Counted from the stretch's first letter, positions 37,698-47,608 are shown. The stretch is 64,000 nt of DNA from Candidatus Wolfebacteria bacterium (GCA_024654025.1 JANLIR010000007.1:421-64420); one strand, 5' to 3'. The notes: generated from the sequence alone by a model not told the origin. A program made the numbers and translations.

Positions 37698-38453
37698 ATG
37701 AGAAAAGAACGGGAGAAAATTTATATATACGGAAAACACGCGCTGGAAGAGGCGCTTATTAATACGCCGTGGGCGGTGAAAAAAGTTTTTCTTTCTTTTG
37801 ATATAAATGATTCGAAACTGCGCGAACTTTTAAAGAAGCACAATGTGCCGGCTACGGTGATGAAAGGCAAGGAAGCTGACAGAATGGTCGGACAGGAAAC
37901 AGTGCACCAGGGCGTTATTGCCATATTGGATCCAGCCTTGCTTTTGGTAAATTTTGATGATTTTACAGCTAAACTTAAACCAACGGCAGATACGATACTT
38001 GTTCTTTTAGATGAGCTGACCGATCCGCACAATGTCGGCGCTATTATTCGCAGCGCGGCGGCGTTTGGAGCCTCGGGTATTTTAATGCCTTTTCATAATC
38101 AAGCGCCTATTACCGGCGCGGTGGTAAAAACTTCGGCTGGTATGGTTTTTCGCGTGCCGATAATTTCTATTGGAAATGTGAATTTTACCGTTGATAGGTT
38201 GAAAGATATGGGTTTTAAAACTTACGCGTTAACGATGCAGGGAGCAAAAGATGTTTCTACGGAAACTTTTGACGAGCCGGCATTGTTTATAGTTGGTAAT
38301 GAAGGCAAAGGCATACGGCAGAAAACAATGGAACGTTGTGATGTGTCGCTTCGCGTACCAATGAATCCGCGGTGCGAATCTTTAAACGCTTCGGTTTCGG
38401 CGGCGGTAGTGCTTTATCAGTGGAGCACAAAGCACGCGAAAACGCTAAAATAA
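37698..38453 (+). CDS. TrmH/SpoU-family RNA 2'-O-methyltransferase (RlmB-like)
   Basis: SpoU motifs 'LDELTDPHNVGAIIRSAAAFG', 'LFIVGNEGKGI', 'ESLNASVSAAVVLY'; N-terminal substrate-binding domain. Confidence 0.8.
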   Translation: MRKEREKIYIYGKHALEEALINTPWAVKKVFLSFDINDSKLRELLKKHNVPATVMKGKEADRMVGQETVHQGVIAILDPALLLVNFDDFTAKLKPTADTILVLLDELTDPHNVGAIIRSAAAFGASGILMPFHNQAPITGAVVKTSAGMVFRVPIISIGNVNFTVDRLKDMGFKTYALTMQGAKDVSTETFDEPALFIVGNEGKGIRQKTMERCDVSLRVPMNPRCESLNASVSAAVVLYQWSTKHAKTLK

Positions 38454-38465
38454 AAAAAGAAGAAC

Positions 38466-39353
38466 ATGAATAATATCAATTTGACTAGCCAGCCATGGCG
38501 AGACTACGAGCTGATTGATTCCGGAGACAATCGCAAATTAGAACGGTACGGATCTTATATTGTTATTCGTCCGGAAACGCAGGCTATTTGGAAACCGGCG
38601 CGGCCCAAAGATTGGAAGAGGGCGAACGCTGAATTTAGTTGGATCGAGGGCAAGGGCGTGTGGCAGAAAAAAAATATTCCCCAGTCGTGGGAACTTTCCT
38701 GGAAAGACATTCGTTTTATTGCGCGGTTAACGTCTTTTAAGCATACCGGAGTTTTTCCGGAGCAGGCTGTAAATTGGCAGTGGCTAAGCGAGCGTGTGGA
38801 CGCTCTTAAACAGCCGAAAGTACTAAACCTTTTCGGCTATACCGGCATTGCCAGTATAGCGGCGGCAAAAGGCAAAGCGCAGGTAACACATGTGGATGCT
38901 TCAAAACAAAGCAACGCGTGGGCAAAGGAAAATGCCCGACTTTCAGGAATTTCAGCAGGAATTTCAGAAGGAAGCATCAGATATATATTGGAAGACGTTT
39001 TGAAATTCAGCGAAAGAGAAGCGCGCCGGGGAGCCATTTATGACGGAATAATTTTAGATCCGCCGGCGTTTGGTCGCGGGCCAAAGGGCGAGGTGTGGAA
39101 AATAGAAGAATCGATTCCGCGTCTTTTAACCGCGATAAAAAGCATTTTATCTTCAAAGCCCGGTTCTTTCTTTTTGTTAAACGGTTACGCAGCCGGCTAT
39201 TCGCCGCAATCGTTTTTGCAGGCAGTGGAAAGTTTCTTTAGTGAGAAAAAAGGCGATAAAAAAGGCGAGTATGGGGAATTACGTATTCAAGAGGCTGGTT
39301 CAGAACGGTGCGTTCCAGCGGGTATTTATGTTCGTTTTACACGGACAACTTAG
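38466..39353 (+). CDS. class I SAM-dependent (rRNA) methyltransferase, RlmI/COG1092-like
   Basis: 'VLNLFGYTGIASIAAA' SAM-binding motif I, 'ILDPPAFGRG' motif IV. Confidence 0.55.
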   Translation: MNNINLTSQPWRDYELIDSGDNRKLERYGSYIVIRPETQAIWKPARPKDWKRANAEFSWIEGKGVWQKKNIPQSWELSWKDIRFIARLTSFKHTGVFPEQAVNWQWLSERVDALKQPKVLNLFGYTGIASIAAAKGKAQVTHVDASKQSNAWAKENARLSGISAGISEGSIRYILEDVLKFSEREARRGAIYDGIILDPPAFGRGPKGEVWKIEESIPRLLTAIKSILSSKPGSFFLLNGYAAGYSPQSFLQAVESFFSEKKGDKKGEYGELRIQEAGSERCVPAGIYVRFTRTT

Positions 39354-39363
39354 AATATCTTAG

Positions 39364-40104
39364 ATGCATAGCTTAACGCTAAAAAACCTTAAAACCGAGT
39401 TAAAGAAATTTGCCAGTCCCCAAAAAGCCGAAATTTTGGCTCGTTTTTTTAAAATCGGAAAAGGCGAATACGGAGAAGGGGATATTTTTATTGGGGTGGT
39501 TGTCCCGGATATCAGGAAAACCGCAAAAAAATATAACGCCATTGGTTTGCGCGAAACAGAAAAATTGCTTCATTCTAAAATCCACGAGGAACGGCTGTGC
39601 GCGCTTTTAATTCTGGTTGAAAAGTTTAGAAACGGCGGTGAAAAAACCAAAGAGCAAATTTATAAATTATATTTAAAAAACACAAAATATATTAATAATT
39701 GGGACTTGGTTGATTTGTCATCCCACCACATTGTCGGAGAATTTTCGTCTGACAAACCGACCGACAAACTGATTAAAAAGCCAAAAAGCGTTTTATATAA
39801 ACTTGCGAAGTCAAAAAATTTATGGGAAAGGCGAATCGCCACTCTAGCCACTTTTAATTTTATAAATAAGGGCCAGCACAAAGAAACTTTAAAAATCGCT
39901 GAAATATTATTAAAAGATAAGCATGATTTGATACACAAGGCGGTTGGATGGATGTTAAGGGAAACAGGTAAGCGCTGTTCGCGAGAGATTTTGGAAGATT
40001 TTTTAAAAAAACATTACAAGCAAATGCCGCGGACAATATTAAGGTACGCGATAGAAAAGTTTCCTGAAAAAAAGCGAAAATCGTATTTAGGTGGTAAAAT
40101 ATAA
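39364..40104 (+). CDS. DNA alkylation repair protein (AlkD/HEAT-like repeat family)
   Basis: 'WDLVDLSSHHIVG', 'WERRIATLATF', 'HKAVGWMLRE' match the DNA_alkylation family as I recall it. Confidence 0.6.
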   Translation: MHSLTLKNLKTELKKFASPQKAEILARFFKIGKGEYGEGDIFIGVVVPDIRKTAKKYNAIGLRETEKLLHSKIHEERLCALLILVEKFRNGGEKTKEQIYKLYLKNTKYINNWDLVDLSSHHIVGEFSSDKPTDKLIKKPKSVLYKLAKSKNLWERRIATLATFNFINKGQHKETLKIAEILLKDKHDLIHKAVGWMLRETGKRCSREILEDFLKKHYKQMPRTILRYAIEKFPEKKRKSYLGGKI

Positions 40105-40170
40105 TAAGTTTCTGTGGAATTTGATACGCGTTTTAAATAATGATAAATTTATAAGATATACTACAAAAAA

Positions 40171-41196
40171 ATGGAATTCGATTTAAACAAAATAAAAAAA
40201 TCCGCTCAGGAGGCCATAGAAGAACTTGCCAGTCCGGAAAAACTAGAGGAAATAAAAATTAAATTTTTGGGCAGAAAAAGCGAACTCACCGAACTTTTGC
40301 GTTCTTTAAAGGATTTGTCGATTGAAGAAAGGCGTAAATTAGGTCCGAAGCTTCAAGAGTTAAAAAAAGAATTAGAAAGGTCTTTTGACAAAAGACTCAA
40401 AGATCTTCGTATTTCACATTCTACGCTTCGCGAACGCATTGACGTTACCAAGCCGGGGCATAAAATTACTTCCGGTCATATCCATCCCTTGTCAAAAATC
40501 GAAGAAGAAATCGAGCAGATTTTTTTATCAATGAATTTTTCCGTGGTTGAGGGTCCGGAAGTTGAAGATGAATACCACAATTTTGACGCCTTAAACATCC
40601 CCAAAGACCATCCGGCAAGGGAGATGTGGGACACATTTTGGCTTCGCCAAAATGAAATCAAAAATCAAAAATCAAAAATCAAAAATCCTGAAAAACTATT
40701 ACTAAGAACTCATACGAGTCCGATGCAGATACGCTATATGGAGAAAAATAATCCGCCTTTTCAAATTATTGTGCCAGGCAGGGTTTTTCGCTACGAGGCC
40801 ACTGACGCGTCGCATGAAATAAATTTTTATCAAGTAGAAGGGCTTATGGTTGGCAAAGATATGAGTTTGGCGAATTTTAAATTTGTCGTTGAGGAATTTT
40901 TTAAAAAGTTTTTCGGCAGCCAAAAAATAGAGTTTCGGTTCAGGCCGAGCTATTTTCCGTTTGTTGAGCCCGGGGTTGAAGTAGATATCAAATTAGGCAA
41001 AAGCGGCAAGTGGCTGGAAGTAATGGGCGCGGGCATGGTGCACAGAAAAGTTTTTGACGCTGTCGGCTATAACCCTAATGACGTAACGGGTTTTGCTTTT
41101 GGTCTTGGTTTAGAGCGCTTGGCGATGATTAAATACAAGATTCCGGACATCAGATTATTTTATTCGGGAGATTTGAGATTTATTAAGCAATTTTAA
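40171..41196 (+). CDS. pheS: phenylalanine--tRNA ligase alpha subunit
   Basis: class II aaRS motifs 'HPAREMWDTFW', 'LLRTHTSPMQIRYM', 'FRPSYFPFVEPG', 'GAGMVHRKV', 'GFAFGLGLERLAMI'. Confidence 0.95.
   Translation: MEFDLNKIKKSAQEAIEELASPEKLEEIKIKFLGRKSELTELLRSLKDLSIEERRKLGPKLQELKKELERSFDKRLKDLRISHSTLRERIDVTKPGHKITSGHIHPLSKIEEEIEQIFLSMNFSVVEGPEVEDEYHNFDALNIPKDHPAREMWDTFWLRQNEIKNQKSKIKNPEKLLLRTHTSPMQIRYMEKNNPPFQIIVPGRVFRYEATDASHEINFYQVEGLMVGKDMSLANFKFVVEEFFKKFFGSQKIEFRFRPSYFPFVEPGVEVDIKLGKSGKWLEVMGAGMVHRKVFDAVGYNPNDVTGFAFGLGLERLAMIKYKIPDIRLFYSGDLRFIKQF
40654..40688 (+). repeat. (AAAATCA)~5 heptanucleotide tandem repeat inside pheS
   Basis: gaaatcaaaaatcaaaaatcaaaaatcaaaaatcc encoding NEIKNQKSKIKNP in a variable surface loop. 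Confidence 0.8.
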
Positions 41197-41255
41197 AGGG
41201 CTTTGTCTAAATTTTGAAGCCGTCAGGCGAACAAAATTTAGATGCAAAACCTTTA

Positions 41256-41539
41256 CCCAGCACCTTTTTATGCATTATGTTTATATAATTCAAAGCAATA
41301 AAACGGGTGCTCTGTATTTTGGAAGAACCAATAATCTTGTTCAAAGATTAAAAGATCACAATAATGGAAGTAACTTTTCAACAAAAGAACAGAAACCGTG
41401 GCATTATGTTTATACCGAAGGCTATTTATCAGAAAAAGACGCAATACAACGAGAGTTAAAGTTGAAAAATTACGGCAACGCTAGAACATATGTCAGAAAA
41501 CGAATTCAAAACAGTTTAAAATAATAAAAAGGTGCTGGG
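41256..41539 (+). mobile_element. GIY-YIG gene cassette bounded by 17-bp perfect inverted repeats
   Basis: ACCCAGCACCTTTTTAT (41255-41271) and ATAAAAAGGTGCTGGGT (41524-41540) abut the start and stop codons of the GIY-YIG ORF; the IR core CCC(A/G)GCACCTTT resembles the family-1 MITE TIR. Confidence 0.5.
41270..41524 (+). CDS. GIY-YIG nuclease superfamily small protein (UPF0213/YhbQ-like)
   Basis: 'YVYIIQSNKTGALYFGRTNNLVQRLKDHN' GIY-(x10)-YIG with conserved R and E/N. Confidence 0.75.
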   Translation: MHYVYIIQSNKTGALYFGRTNNLVQRLKDHNNGSNFSTKEQKPWHYVYTEGYLSEKDAIQRELKLKNYGNARTYVRKRIQNSLK

Positions 41540-41599
41540 TGCTCAATTTTATAGTAAAATTGACTGCGCCTACGGCTTGTAAATTTTAATAAAATTGGC

Positions 41600-43675
41600 A
41601 TGAAATTCTCGTATAAATTATTAAAACAATTAGTTCCGCAGATAAAAAACCAAAACGAGTTGGTTGATAAATTGACAATGCACGCGTTTGAAATTGACAG
41701 CGTGAAAGGGGATACGATTGACATAAAACTTCCGCCAAACAGATATTCAGACGCTGGATCGCATATTGGAATAGCGCGTGAAATTGCGGCAATTTCAAAC
41801 TACAAACTTAAAACTAAAAACTACGGACAAAAAGAAAAAAATAAAAAGAAATCGTATTTTAACGTAAAAATCCAGGATAAAAATTTATGTCCGCGTTACA
41901 CTGCTCAATACTTTGAAAATATTAAAATAAGCGCGTCTCCGAAATGGATACAGGATGTTTTAAAAACCTGCGGATTAAGGCCGATAAATAATGTCGTGGA
42001 CATAATGAATTACGTAATGCTTGAAACCGGCCAGCCTTTGCACGCGTTTGATTACGACAAACTTTACGCTAAAGGCGGAAAACAACCAACGATAATTATA
42101 AGAAAAGCGAATAAAGGAGAAAAAATAATCTCGCTTGACGGCGAAAAGTACAATTTAGACCCGGATGTTTTAGTTATTTCCGACGAAAAAGAAGTGTTGG
42201 CAATTGCCGGCATAAAAGGCGGCAAGATTGCGGAAGTGGACAAAAATACAAAAAGAATTATTGTTGAATCCGCAAATTTTGATCCCGTTAACATATATAA
42301 AACTTCAAAAAAACTTTTGCTTTCAACAGACGCTTCTTTAAGATTTTCGCGGAATTTAAGCCCTGAACTGGCGATTTTAGGCTTAAATAGAGCGGGGCAG
42401 TTGCTTATAGAGATCGCCAAAGCGTCTTCTGGCGCAGTTATCGATGTTTATCCAAAAAAGCAGTCTAAAAAAATAGTAAAATTCGACACAGAAAGATTTA
42501 GAAAATTTATCGGATTAGGTTTGGATTTTAAAACCTTCAAAAATTATTTTGAAAGTTTAGGGTTTATCGTTAAAGTTCCGGCTGACCAATTAACTAATTC
42601 GCCAATTAACCAGTTCTTTGTGGAGGTTTCACTGTTTCGCGTTGATATTGAAACATTTGAGGATTTAGCGGAAGAGATAGTCAGACTATACGGTTATGGT
42701 AAATTAAAATCAGTTCCGCCGTACGCGTTTTTAAAACCTTCCGGATTCGAGGATCAAATAGTTTTAAAAAATAAAATCAGAAAAATTTTAACCGGAATCG
42801 GATTAAGCGAAATTTATAACTATTCTTTTATTTCCGATAAGGAAGGCGAGTTAGATTTCGGGTTTGCTAAAAATAAATTAATCGAACTCGAAAATCCCAT
42901 TAGCAGTCAGTTCAAATATTTAAGGCCTAATTTAGAAATCGGTCTTGTTAAAAACATAAGCGATAACAGCCGGTTTTTTAACGAAGTTCATATTTTTGAG
43001 ATTGGTAAGATTTTTTCCGCCGGAGGCGGACCCGCTGATGGCGGGGAAATCGGTAAAGTTTTTTCCGCCAAAGGCGGATCCGCCTATGGAGGGCAGGCCG
43101 GTAAAGAAACATTGGCGTTAGGGATGATTTTATCCGACAAAAATCAGGAGACGTTTTTTAAATTAAAAGGGATTATTTCCGCGCTATTTAAGAAAATCGG
43201 CCTGGTGAACTATTCTTTTACCGAATCCGAAGCAAATGTTTTGCTTATAAAATCAGGAAATAAGTTTTTGGGCAGTATTAGAAAAAAATATGACTCGCCT
43301 AAAAAACAAATTTCTTCAGCGGAAATAAATTTGGACGAACTTCTGGTTTTAATCGAGGGAGAACACGAATTCCGGCCGCTTCCGAAATTTCCCTCTGTTA
43401 TGCGGGACATTTCTATTGCCGTTTTAGAGTCCGCAAAAGTTGGAAATATTATTGAGGAGATCCAGGAGGCAAACATGAAATACATCGAAGACGTTGATTT
43501 AATAGATGAATACGATTTAACAAAATCAAATTCTTCCGCCGATAAAGGCGTAAGCTATACTTTTCGAATTATTTTCCAAGCCCCTGACCGGACCTTAACC
43601 GACCAAGAAGTTGACAAGGAGATGGAGAAAATTATTTCAATTTTAAAAAATAAGTTTCGCGCTTCTTTGAGATAA
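41600..43675 (+). CDS. pheT: phenylalanine--tRNA ligase beta subunit
   Basis: N-terminal tRNA-binding/B3-4 and B5 domains, C-terminal FDX-ACB; contains an in-frame 48-nt tandem duplication. Confidence 0.9.
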   Translation: MKFSYKLLKQLVPQIKNQNELVDKLTMHAFEIDSVKGDTIDIKLPPNRYSDAGSHIGIAREIAAISNYKLKTKNYGQKEKNKKKSYFNVKIQDKNLCPRYTAQYFENIKISASPKWIQDVLKTCGLRPINNVVDIMNYVMLETGQPLHAFDYDKLYAKGGKQPTIIIRKANKGEKIISLDGEKYNLDPDVLVISDEKEVLAIAGIKGGKIAEVDKNTKRIIVESANFDPVNIYKTSKKLLLSTDASLRFSRNLSPELAILGLNRAGQLLIEIAKASSGAVIDVYPKKQSKKIVKFDTERFRKFIGLGLDFKTFKNYFESLGFIVKVPADQLTNSPINQFFVEVSLFRVDIETFEDLAEEIVRLYGYGKLKSVPPYAFLKPSGFEDQIVLKNKIRKILTGIGLSEIYNYSFISDKEGELDFGFAKNKLIELENPISSQFKYLRPNLEIGLVKNISDNSRFFNEVHIFEIGKIFSAGGGPADGGEIGKVFSAKGGSAYGGQAGKETLALGMILSDKNQETFFKLKGIISALFKKIGLVNYSFTESEANVLLIKSGNKFLGSIRKKYDSPKKQISSAEINLDELLVLIEGEHEFRPLPKFPSVMRDISIAVLESAKVGNIIEEIQEANMKYIEDVDLIDEYDLTKSNSSADKGVSYTFRIIFQAPDRTLTDQEVDKEMEKIISILKNKFRASLR
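43001..43096 (+). repeat. 2 x 48-nt in-frame tandem duplication within pheT (IGKIFSAGGGPADGGE / IGKVFSAKGGSAYGGQ)
   Basis: ~75% identical adjacent 48-mers. Confidence 0.75.
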
Positions 43676-43731
43676 TTTATGTTATTATTTATCGCGCTAG
43701 TTTGGTAAAATAATATAAGCGCTAAAAGGAA

Positions 43732-45234
43732 ATGGAAAAAATTAAAAAGATATTAAAATTTTTAAATCCTCAGCCCGCGATTGGCGGATTGGAAATAAGC
43801 GATTCCTATTTGCGTTTTGTTTTAATCAAGGAAAAAAAGGTTGATTTTTTTTCATTAAAACTTCCGCCCTCCATCGTGGAAAACGGCAAGGTTAAAAATC
43901 GCGACGCTTTGCGTCTGATGCTTTTGAATCTCCACGCTAAAATAACACCCAAAAAAAAGAAAAAAATATATGCGGTTGTAAGTGTTTCAGACGGCAATAT
44001 TTATTCCTCGCTTTTAAGTCTTCCGGCAATAGCCTCAAGCGGAATGGACGAAGCCGCCAAATTAAATTTGCAAATGGCTTCGCCTGTTGATTTTGAAAGC
44101 GTTTACAGCGATTGGCAATTAATAGGGGAAAAAGAATTAAGCGGCGGAAACCAGCTGGAAATTTTCGGAGCTTTTATTTCAAAGACTACCGTTAATGAAT
44201 TTGAGTCGGTAATCGAAGAAGCTGGTTTTGTAACTGCCGCTGTTGAGTTTCCGGCGCTTTCGCTTTCAAGAGTCATAGTTAAATTAGGTGAAAAAATTGC
44301 TAAAGAAAAAACCTATCTTTTTTTAAGGGTTAGCGGAGACGGATTGACATACGGAATTGTTAAAAACGGCAATCTATATTTTGCGCATTTTGTGGCATGG
44401 CTCTCGGCTTATGGAACAGAAAAAAAGATTAGTTCGGACTCCTTTAAAAAATTAATTATTTCCGAGACTAGAAAAGTTTTGAATTTTCATGAAAATCACA
44501 TTGGCGGGCAGATCGAAAAGATTTTAGTTATTACTCCCAGTATGATTGATGATATTTTAAGCGCGCTTGCCGAAGGAGCGCCAAATATAAAATCCGAAAC
44601 TCTCTCTCTTGAGCAATTTAAAGAATTAGCGATTAGCTGGTACAGCGTGCTGGGAGTAGCGCTTCGCGGATTAGTGCCTCGTCCCCAAGATAATATTGTT
44701 TCTTTGTCGAGTGACGATACCGATGTTAAGTTTGGAAATTATCAAACTATCGGTTTTATAAGAATTTGGAGAAATATTTCATTCGCGATTCTTGCTTTTG
44801 TTTTACTGGTTTTTATCAGTTTAGATGTTTTTTTAAGTTCTAATTCTAATAATTTGCAAAAACAGCTGGGCGCGTTGAGTTTAAATCCTAATAGCCAAAA
44901 AATATCCGAATTGACCCAGCAAGCCGCAGCATTCAATGAAAAAGTTGAATTAATAAGTAGCGCGTATTCTAATAAATCTTATTGGTCACCGGTTTTCGAC
45001 GCGCTTATTGAAAAGCTCGGGAGCGACATTACAATAAAAAGATTTTATCTTTCTTCTGCTGGTTCCCCGATTGTTATAACGGGCGAAGCGCCAAGCGAGG
45101 AAAGAGTGTCGGCTTTTGGAGAGGATCTTAAAAAAGACTCAAGATTTTCCGATGTTCAGATTCCTCTGTCGTCAATTAAAGAGATTTCCAAAAACGCCTT
45201 TATTTTTAACTTAATTTTTAAGGCTAATTTTTAA
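43732..45234 (+). CDS. pilM: type IV pilus assembly protein PilM fused to PilN-like C-terminal domain
   Basis: actin-like ATPase fold N-terminus (PilM/FtsA-like), internal TM helix then PilN-like periplasmic region. Confidence 0.6.
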   Translation: MEKIKKILKFLNPQPAIGGLEISDSYLRFVLIKEKKVDFFSLKLPPSIVENGKVKNRDALRLMLLNLHAKITPKKKKKIYAVVSVSDGNIYSSLLSLPAIASSGMDEAAKLNLQMASPVDFESVYSDWQLIGEKELSGGNQLEIFGAFISKTTVNEFESVIEEAGFVTAAVEFPALSLSRVIVKLGEKIAKEKTYLFLRVSGDGLTYGIVKNGNLYFAHFVAWLSAYGTEKKISSDSFKKLIISETRKVLNFHENHIGGQIEKILVITPSMIDDILSALAEGAPNIKSETLSLEQFKELAISWYSVLGVALRGLVPRPQDNIVSLSSDDTDVKFGNYQTIGFIRIWRNISFAILAFVLLVFISLDVFLSSNSNNLQKQLGALSLNPNSQKISELTQQAAAFNEKVELISSAYSNKSYWSPVFDALIEKLGSDITIKRFYLSSAGSPIVITGEAPSEERVSAFGEDLKKDSRFSDVQIPLSSIKEISKNAFIFNLIFKANF

Positions 45235-45240
45235 AATATC

Positions 45241-46545
45241 CTAACTCTCAAGGCTGACTTTTTGGAATTGTCCTTGACGAAGTATGTAGATAAAATTATT
45301 TTCTCCGTCATAAAACAAATTGTCGAAACCGTTTTCGATGTTGTAAAGGTTTAAAGGCGGTCGGTCATCAATTTCCGTTAAACTGACTTCGTTGGATTTT
45401 CCCGCCAGCAGCCTGAGAGAGTCTTTGTACCAGAAAATTTTTTCCAACTCTTGTTTTTTGGCCAGTTCAAATCTGGACACATCGCCAATTTTTTTCCTAA
45501 ATATTTCGTCCCACTCGTCGATAAAGCGGACATTTATAGTGCCGTTTGTGTCCAAAAAAGCAATTGCCCGGTTGTTTGGGGAAAACTCAAAAAATTTGAC
45601 GGAGTGAGCGATTTTTTCCGGCAAAGGATTTTTTTCCGTAAATAAATATAATCCTCCGCCCGAATCCAAAAACGCGATCCGATTTCCTGACCTAGAAGCT
45701 TCCACGCTTTTTACGGGGAATTTAGCGGTAGAAGAAGTTATTTCAAAGAGAGTGTTTTGAGTTTTAAAAACAAGGTTATAAGAAAGAAACGAAACAATAT
45801 TTTTGTCTCCTTTTTTTGTTTTTACGAAATATACAGTTGAACCCCTAATATTCCATGATAATATTTTTTCTTCTATCAGGCTTTCTTTTTGCCGTCGCTC
45901 GGTGTCTAAAATTATCAGACCATTTTTTGTTTCAATGATAATTCTATTGGAATCAAAGGGGAGAAACCCGACTTTTTTTATTTCTAAGGCGGTCGTATTT
46001 TCCGATAATATATTTGCAGCCAAAACCCCGAGATTTAAAGCGGTTTTTGGATTCTTTAAATCATAAAGGTAAAAATTGCCGCTTAAGCTGTTTAGGGAGA
46101 TGATTTTATTGGAATCCGTTGATACGTCGATTATGACGTTTCCTTTTATTGACTTTGCCAGAGTTTCCGATTTAAATTTGTTCGGCGGCAAAAACGCGTT
46201 TATCGTTTCCACCAAAGACGGCTTGAGTTTTAGTATTTTGCGATATTTTTGAAAGCCTTCTTTTTCTATTGTGACGGTATAGGTTTTGGGCAAAAGATTA
46301 GGGATAAGAGTATGGTTTTGAATTATATTCGAATCGTCCGAGAATTCTTTGTTGTCTAATTTTATAACAACTCCGCGGGGCGTTGTTTGAATTGCGATCG
46401 CGCCGGTTTTTTGTATTTGAAAATTTTCCAGATTCAGCCGCCAGCCAAGCCCGTATAAAACAATAATTGAACCGCCGATTATAAAAACCAGAGTAAAAAG
46501 GACGAGCAGCAGCCGTCTTGATAATAGTGACATATTCAACTGCAA
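45241..46545 (-). CDS. membrane-anchored hypothetical protein (PEGA-like + beta-rich domain)
   Basis: N-terminal TM; 'YTVTIEKEGFQKYRKILKLKPS' PEGA-like. Confidence 0.4.
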   Translation of the reverse strand: MQLNMSLLSRRLLLVLFTLVFIIGGSIIVLYGLGWRLNLENFQIQKTGAIAIQTTPRGVVIKLDNKEFSDDSNIIQNHTLIPNLLPKTYTVTIEKEGFQKYRKILKLKPSLVETINAFLPPNKFKSETLAKSIKGNVIIDVSTDSNKIISLNSLSGNFYLYDLKNPKTALNLGVLAANILSENTTALEIKKVGFLPFDSNRIIIETKNGLIILDTERRQKESLIEEKILSWNIRGSTVYFVKTKKGDKNIVSFLSYNLVFKTQNTLFEITSSTAKFPVKSVEASRSGNRIAFLDSGGGLYLFTEKNPLPEKIAHSVKFFEFSPNNRAIAFLDTNGTINVRFIDEWDEIFRKKIGDVSRFELAKKQELEKIFWYKDSLRLLAGKSNEVSLTEIDDRPPLNLYNIENGFDNLFYDGENNFIYILRQGQFQKVSLES

Positions 46546-46595
46546 TTATATCGCGTCGTTTGAATTTTTCAACAAAATCACGTATATTTCAAAAT

Positions 46596-47603
46596 ATGTT
46601 TACTAGAAAAATTGGAATTGATTTAGGCACGGCTAACACAATCGTTTTTGTTCCTAAAAAGGGTTTTATTATCAACGAACCGACAATTGTTGCTTTGAGT
46701 TCCACCGACAACACTGTTCTTGCGGTTGGCAGAGAAGCCAAGGAAATGATCGGCAGAACCCCGGCCGACATAAGGGCGTACAGACCGTTAAAAGACGGAG
46801 TTATCGCCGACTATTATATTACTAAGGCGATGCTTAAATATTTTATCGCTAAAGCAATCGGCCCTTTTAATTTTTTTAAACCCGATGTTGTTATTTCCGT
46901 TCCGGCCGGCATTACTCAGACAGAGCGCCGGGCTGTCATAAATTCCGCTAAGGAGGCGGGCGCAAAAGAAGCCCACGTGGTTAGAGAACCGATTTTAGCT
47001 GCTTTGGGCGCGGGGATTCCAATTAATTCCCACTCAGGCAATATGATTGTTAATATGGGAGGCGGCACGTCGGAAACGGCGGTCATATCGCTTGGCGGCA
47101 TTGTTTCTTGGGCGTCGCTAAGAGTGGCCGGCAATAAATTTGATTCTGCTATCAGTGATTATATAAAAAAGAAGTATTCTCTTTTTATAGGAGAGCAGAT
47201 GGCGGAAACCGTCAAAATCGAAGTTGGTTCCGCTCTTCAAACAAAAGACAAAAGGACCTTTAGGGTAAGAGGCCGGGATATGATTTCGGGTTTGCCCAAA
47301 GACGTCATTGTCAGTTCAAATGAGATTGCCGAGGCTTTGCACGGCCATCTTTTGGACATCGTAGCTTCTGTACAAAATGTGTTTAACGAAACTCCGCCGG
47401 AGCTCGTCGCTGATATTATGGAAAAGGGAATAATTCTTTCCGGCGGCACGGCTCAGATACCCCTGCTTGGAGAGTTTTTCAAAAGAGCTTTGGGCGTTAA
47501 TGCATACGTTGCCGAAAATCCTCTTTTTTGTGTTGCTAAAGGCGCCGGATTAATTTTGAATCACCTGGATGTTTATAAGAGAACATTATTGAATAAAAAG
47601 TAA
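46596..47603 (+). CDS. mreB: rod shape-determining protein MreB
   Basis: 'IGIDLGTANT', 'VISVPAGITQTERRAV', 'NMGGGTSE', 'ILSGGTAQIPLL'; start moved to 46596 to avoid overlap with the convergent gene. Confidence 0.9.
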   Translation: MFTRKIGIDLGTANTIVFVPKKGFIINEPTIVALSSTDNTVLAVGREAKEMIGRTPADIRAYRPLKDGVIADYYITKAMLKYFIAKAIGPFNFFKPDVVISVPAGITQTERRAVINSAKEAGAKEAHVVREPILAALGAGIPINSHSGNMIVNMGGGTSETAVISLGGIVSWASLRVAGNKFDSAISDYIKKKYSLFIGEQMAETVKIEVGSALQTKDKRTFRVRGRDMISGLPKDVIVSSNEIAEALHGHLLDIVASVQNVFNETPPELVADIMEKGIILSGGTAQIPLLGEFFKRALGVNAYVAENPLFCVAKGAGLILNHLDVYKRTLLNKK

Positions 47604-47608
47604 ACGGG

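Noticed and set aside
46518-46595. Upstream extension of mreB to the ATG at 46518
   Set aside because: It would overlap the convergent gene 45241–46545 by 28 nt and add a non-conserved N-terminus; the ATG at 46596 gives the canonical MreB start (MFTRKIGIDLGTANT).
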